Shown piece by piece: positions 61,617 to 64,000 of a DNA stretch of 64,000 nt (its first letter is position 1; every line of letters starts with the position of its first letter). Source of the DNA: a virus. A program made the translations under genes and the position numbers. The DNA is taken from IMG/VR virus record IMGVR_UViG_3300025121_000035, positions 1 to 64,000 of that record. One strand, written 5' to 3'. The notes beneath the pieces were generated by a model, which had not been told where the DNA came from, searched no databases, and saw nothing but the letters and a program-made list of their open reading frames with translations.

Positions 61617-61639
61617 TGGTAAGACTAAATTATCTTACC
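61617..61639 (-). terminator. Hairpin downstream of tmRNA
   Basis: GGTAAGA-loop-TCTTACC followed by a T run on the minus strand. Confidence 0.55.
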
Positions 61640-61644
61640 GTTTG

Positions 61645-62020
61645 TGGAAAAGCAGGGAATCGAACCCTGGTGTTTACTAAATTAAAATTAATATTCTACA
61701 TGCTTATAATATTTTTTAATAATTCGATACTTTACAAAATATTCAAACATACAAGTATAAAATAATTGTTACACTATAAAATATCGATTTCACAATCATT
61801 ATCAATAAGTTTTTGGTTAATTTCTATTACACTGCTACAAGTTCACCTTCTTGTAAAACAGATTCGTTTCCAAATCCGACAGTCAATGCGTCACTAATCT
61901 TATTAGCCGCATTAAATAAATTCGCGTTTGCGTTTATTGTTTTGCCTTTTTTAAAGTGTTCTGACAAACACTACATGCTAATTAACCCCGTTTTAATAAG
62001 TCGATGCCATTTTCTTTCCC
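61645..62020 (-). ncRNA. ssrA: tmRNA
   Basis: 5' GGGAAAG pairs with 3' CTTTTCC-A (G3.U alanine determinant); CAGGG-TTCGATT-CCCTG T-arm; GGCATCGAC 5' motif; ATAAAC-GCA resume codon at 61931. Confidence 0.92.
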
Positions 62021-62101
62021 ATAAAATTAAAGAACTTTTCACTATATATTATATATAGTAAATTAAAAAAGTTTATTTTTTCTAAATACAAATATAATAA
62101 A

Positions 62102-62518
62102 TTATTGATCTAAATCAAAATTTTCTAATGTTTTTTTCTTTAATTTTTTAAATTTTTCATCAATGTCAATAATACTAGCTATTAATTCTTTTTGCATTTC
62201 TTCATCAGTAATACCTATATGTTTTTCTTTAATATTAGTATATAACGTTCTTTGATCTTTATCTAATTTTTTAATATTATTATCATATTCAATAATATAT
62301 TTTTTTAATTGTTCTATATTTTTACTAAGTTTAAAAGTTTTTTCTTTATATGCTTTATCATTTTTAATAATATCTTCATCATTTAGTTCATCTTTAATGG
62401 TTTCTATTATCGTTAAATATTCTTTCATTTCTCCTTCTTTTTCAACAATATAAAATAAGTTAGTTAAATATTCTTTTCTTATTCGTCTTGCTTCATTAAT
62501 ATATAATTGATCTATCAT
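62102..62518 (-). CDS. Coiled-coil hypothetical protein
   Basis: Start MIDQLYINE preferred; the longer start overlaps a 12-bp repeat of the upstream gene. Confidence 0.6.
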   Translation of the reverse strand: MIDQLYINEARRIRKEYLTNLFYIVEKEGEMKEYLTIIETIKDELNDEDIIKNDKAYKEKTFKLSKNIEQLKKYIIEYDNNIKKLDKDQRTLYTNIKEKHIGITDEEMQKELIASIIDIDEKFKKLKKKTLENFDLDQ

Positions 62519-62522
62519 AATT

Positions 62523-63641
62523 CTATTTATCTTCGTTTTTATCTTCGTTTTTATCTTCGTTTTTATCAACAGATGCTTTCTTAGTATATTTTCTTTTTGA
62601 TTTTTTTTCTTGTTCGTTTTTCATATCATCATCAGTTTCTTCTTTAAGATATTCATCTGGAATATCATCTCCAAAAATTTCTTTAATTATTTGTTTTTCA
62701 ACTTGTTCTTCAATAATTTTAATATTTGTATATATATTATTAATAATTATTTTTTTATAATATTGTACAATATCACCCTCCATATTTTCAACCATCATTT
62801 TAACAAATTCTGGTTTACCTATTTTATCTTTAAATTCTATATTTACAGAAATATCGTGTTTTCTTTTAAATGTACTGAAAACCATTTCATTAGGATCCAA
62901 TTGTGATTGTTGTACTTGTGGTTGATTAAGATTATTTGTTTGTTGTGATTGAGAAACACTTGTAGGTTGTCTTTGTAATCTTTTCAACCTTCTTTTATTT
63001 GCTTCTTCTTCTCCATATGCCAATTTTTCATTTTCATATAATTCATCTATATTTACTATTGGTTTAATAATTGGTTGTGGTTTAGGTTGTGTTTTATTTT
63101 GTTGATTTAAAAAATCTTGGTAGGCATCATCATCATTATCATATACCTTATATTGTGATACATTTGTATTAGTATTATTTGGTATTTGTTGAGGACTATT
63201 ATCTTGTCTTATTATAGCTGATTCATTCATATTAGGTATAAATTGGTTTTGTATAGGTTGATTTTGCACTATATTGGATTGTGCTACCTTAGTTTTATTT
63301 GTAGTATTTTTAAGTATTTCTGAACCAATATTTTCATTTTTAACTTTACTTATATCAACAGATTTAATTTTATTTAAAATATCCGTATTTACTGCACTTG
63401 TTCTTAAAAATGCTTCTGGATCAATTTCATTTGATTGAACATTTGATTGAACATTTGATTGAACATTTGATTGAACATTTGTTGATTCACTAACTACATT
63501 ATCAAGTATACCATAATATTTTGAAAAAATATTTTTTTTAATCATTTGACCGTCTGATAGTTGATAAAATGCTTCTTCAATATTATCTTTAGCTATTGTA
63601 ACTGCTTTATGAGTAGGATCATCTTTTCTATAATAATGCAT
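62523..63641 (-). CDS. Q/N-rich low-complexity protein
   Basis: NVQS x4 and DKNE x3 12-bp repeats. Confidence 0.7.
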   Translation of the reverse strand: MHYYRKDDPTHKAVTIAKDNIEEAFYQLSDGQMIKKNIFSKYYGILDNVVSESTNVQSNVQSNVQSNVQSNEIDPEAFLRTSAVNTDILNKIKSVDISKVKNENIGSEILKNTTNKTKVAQSNIVQNQPIQNQFIPNMNESAIIRQDNSPQQIPNNTNTNVSQYKVYDNDDDAYQDFLNQQNKTQPKPQPIIKPIVNIDELYENEKLAYGEEEANKRRLKRLQRQPTSVSQSQQTNNLNQPQVQQSQLDPNEMVFSTFKRKHDISVNIEFKDKIGKPEFVKMMVENMEGDIVQYYKKIIINNIYTNIKIIEEQVEKQIIKEIFGDDIPDEYLKEETDDDMKNEQEKKSKRKYTKKASVDKNEDKNEDKNEDK

Positions 63642-63740
63642 AATTAATTTGTTTATTATTTTTTTTTTACTTATCTTGTGATATATTTTAATATATAGTT
63701 AAAAATGTAATTAAAGTTCAAAAAATAATCGTTTTTAATT

Positions 63741-64000
63741 ATGATTAAAAGATTTAACGAGTTTAATAAAAATCAAAGTATAGAAAGTGAAAGACTAGCA
63801 ATGGAAAGAGAATTGATAGCACGTAAAATTGCTAGAAATTTTGATGAAGGAAATTTAGAAAATGATATATCAGTTGCAGATATAGTTGAACTAATTACAT
63901 TTGAAATAACTCATAACGGAAATTTTCATATATCAGTTAGTAATGAAGATTCACTCTATATGCAATATGAAAGTGAAAATATAGGAAGATTAAAAGTATT
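63741..64000 (+). CDS. Partial ORF with CTS-like N-terminus (MIKRFNEFNK)
   Basis: Runs off the window; preceded by TTTTAATATATAG. Confidence 0.55.
   Translation, partial: MIKRFNEFNKNQSIESERLAMERELIARKIARNFDEGNLENDISVADIVELITFEITHNGNFHISVSNEDSLYMQYESENIGRLKV

Noticed and set aside
61645-61680. tRNA gene suggested by the T-arm and acceptor
   Set aside because: The 5' acceptor strand is 376 nt away with a tag ORF in between, so it is a tmRNA
61813-62058. 81-aa plus-strand ORF
   Set aside because: Antisense shadow of the tmRNA tag region
2105-62906. Short overlapping or antisense ORFs in the track (e.g. 2105, 5506, 5790, 6029, 7445, 8207, 16525, 20884, 21499, 32134, 32687, 32727, 37289, 45801, 51685, 53067, 57588, 62610)
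   Set aside because: Nested in or antisense to well-supported genes, with shadow-ORF composition
1-64000. Genome-wide stop-codon reassignment
   Set aside because: Long genes are intact in code 11, and TGA and TAG both terminate genes; only one in-frame TGA was found

Overview
Very AT-rich 64-kb segment of a large, T4-related (jumbo-type) tailed phage genome. The host is probably Bacteroidota, judged from Bacteroidota-type NrdJ, TonB, Soj/ParA, Hc1 and thioredoxin and from TTTG-N20-TAnnTTTG promoters. It holds a tail/baseplate module, UvsX, a gp41/DnaB helicase, class II RNR, three DNA methyltransferases, a host-like stress cluster (trxA, dnaK, Hsp20, tonB) and a tmRNA. Main observations: (1) a large paralog family with an N-terminal MKxFKQYNE motif resembling the T4 capsid-targeting sequence, several members carrying hypervariable 21-aa LRR-like repeats or tandem modules that may be protease-cleaved; (2) two fractured genes (helicase, nrdJ) rejoined by split inteins around free-standing endonucleases; (3) a third intein, in a cytosine MTase, split by a 365-bp TnpB-less IS200/IS605 RNA element whose removal restores the frame exactly; (4) a group I intron in dnaK next to a free-standing HNH gene; (5) a perfect parS site plus Soj/ParA; (6) a tmRNA with a 34-aa tag; (7) a shared C-terminal RxxK(I/L)xx(I/L) motif in many small proteins. 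All calls come from reading the sequence by eye; no database searches were run.
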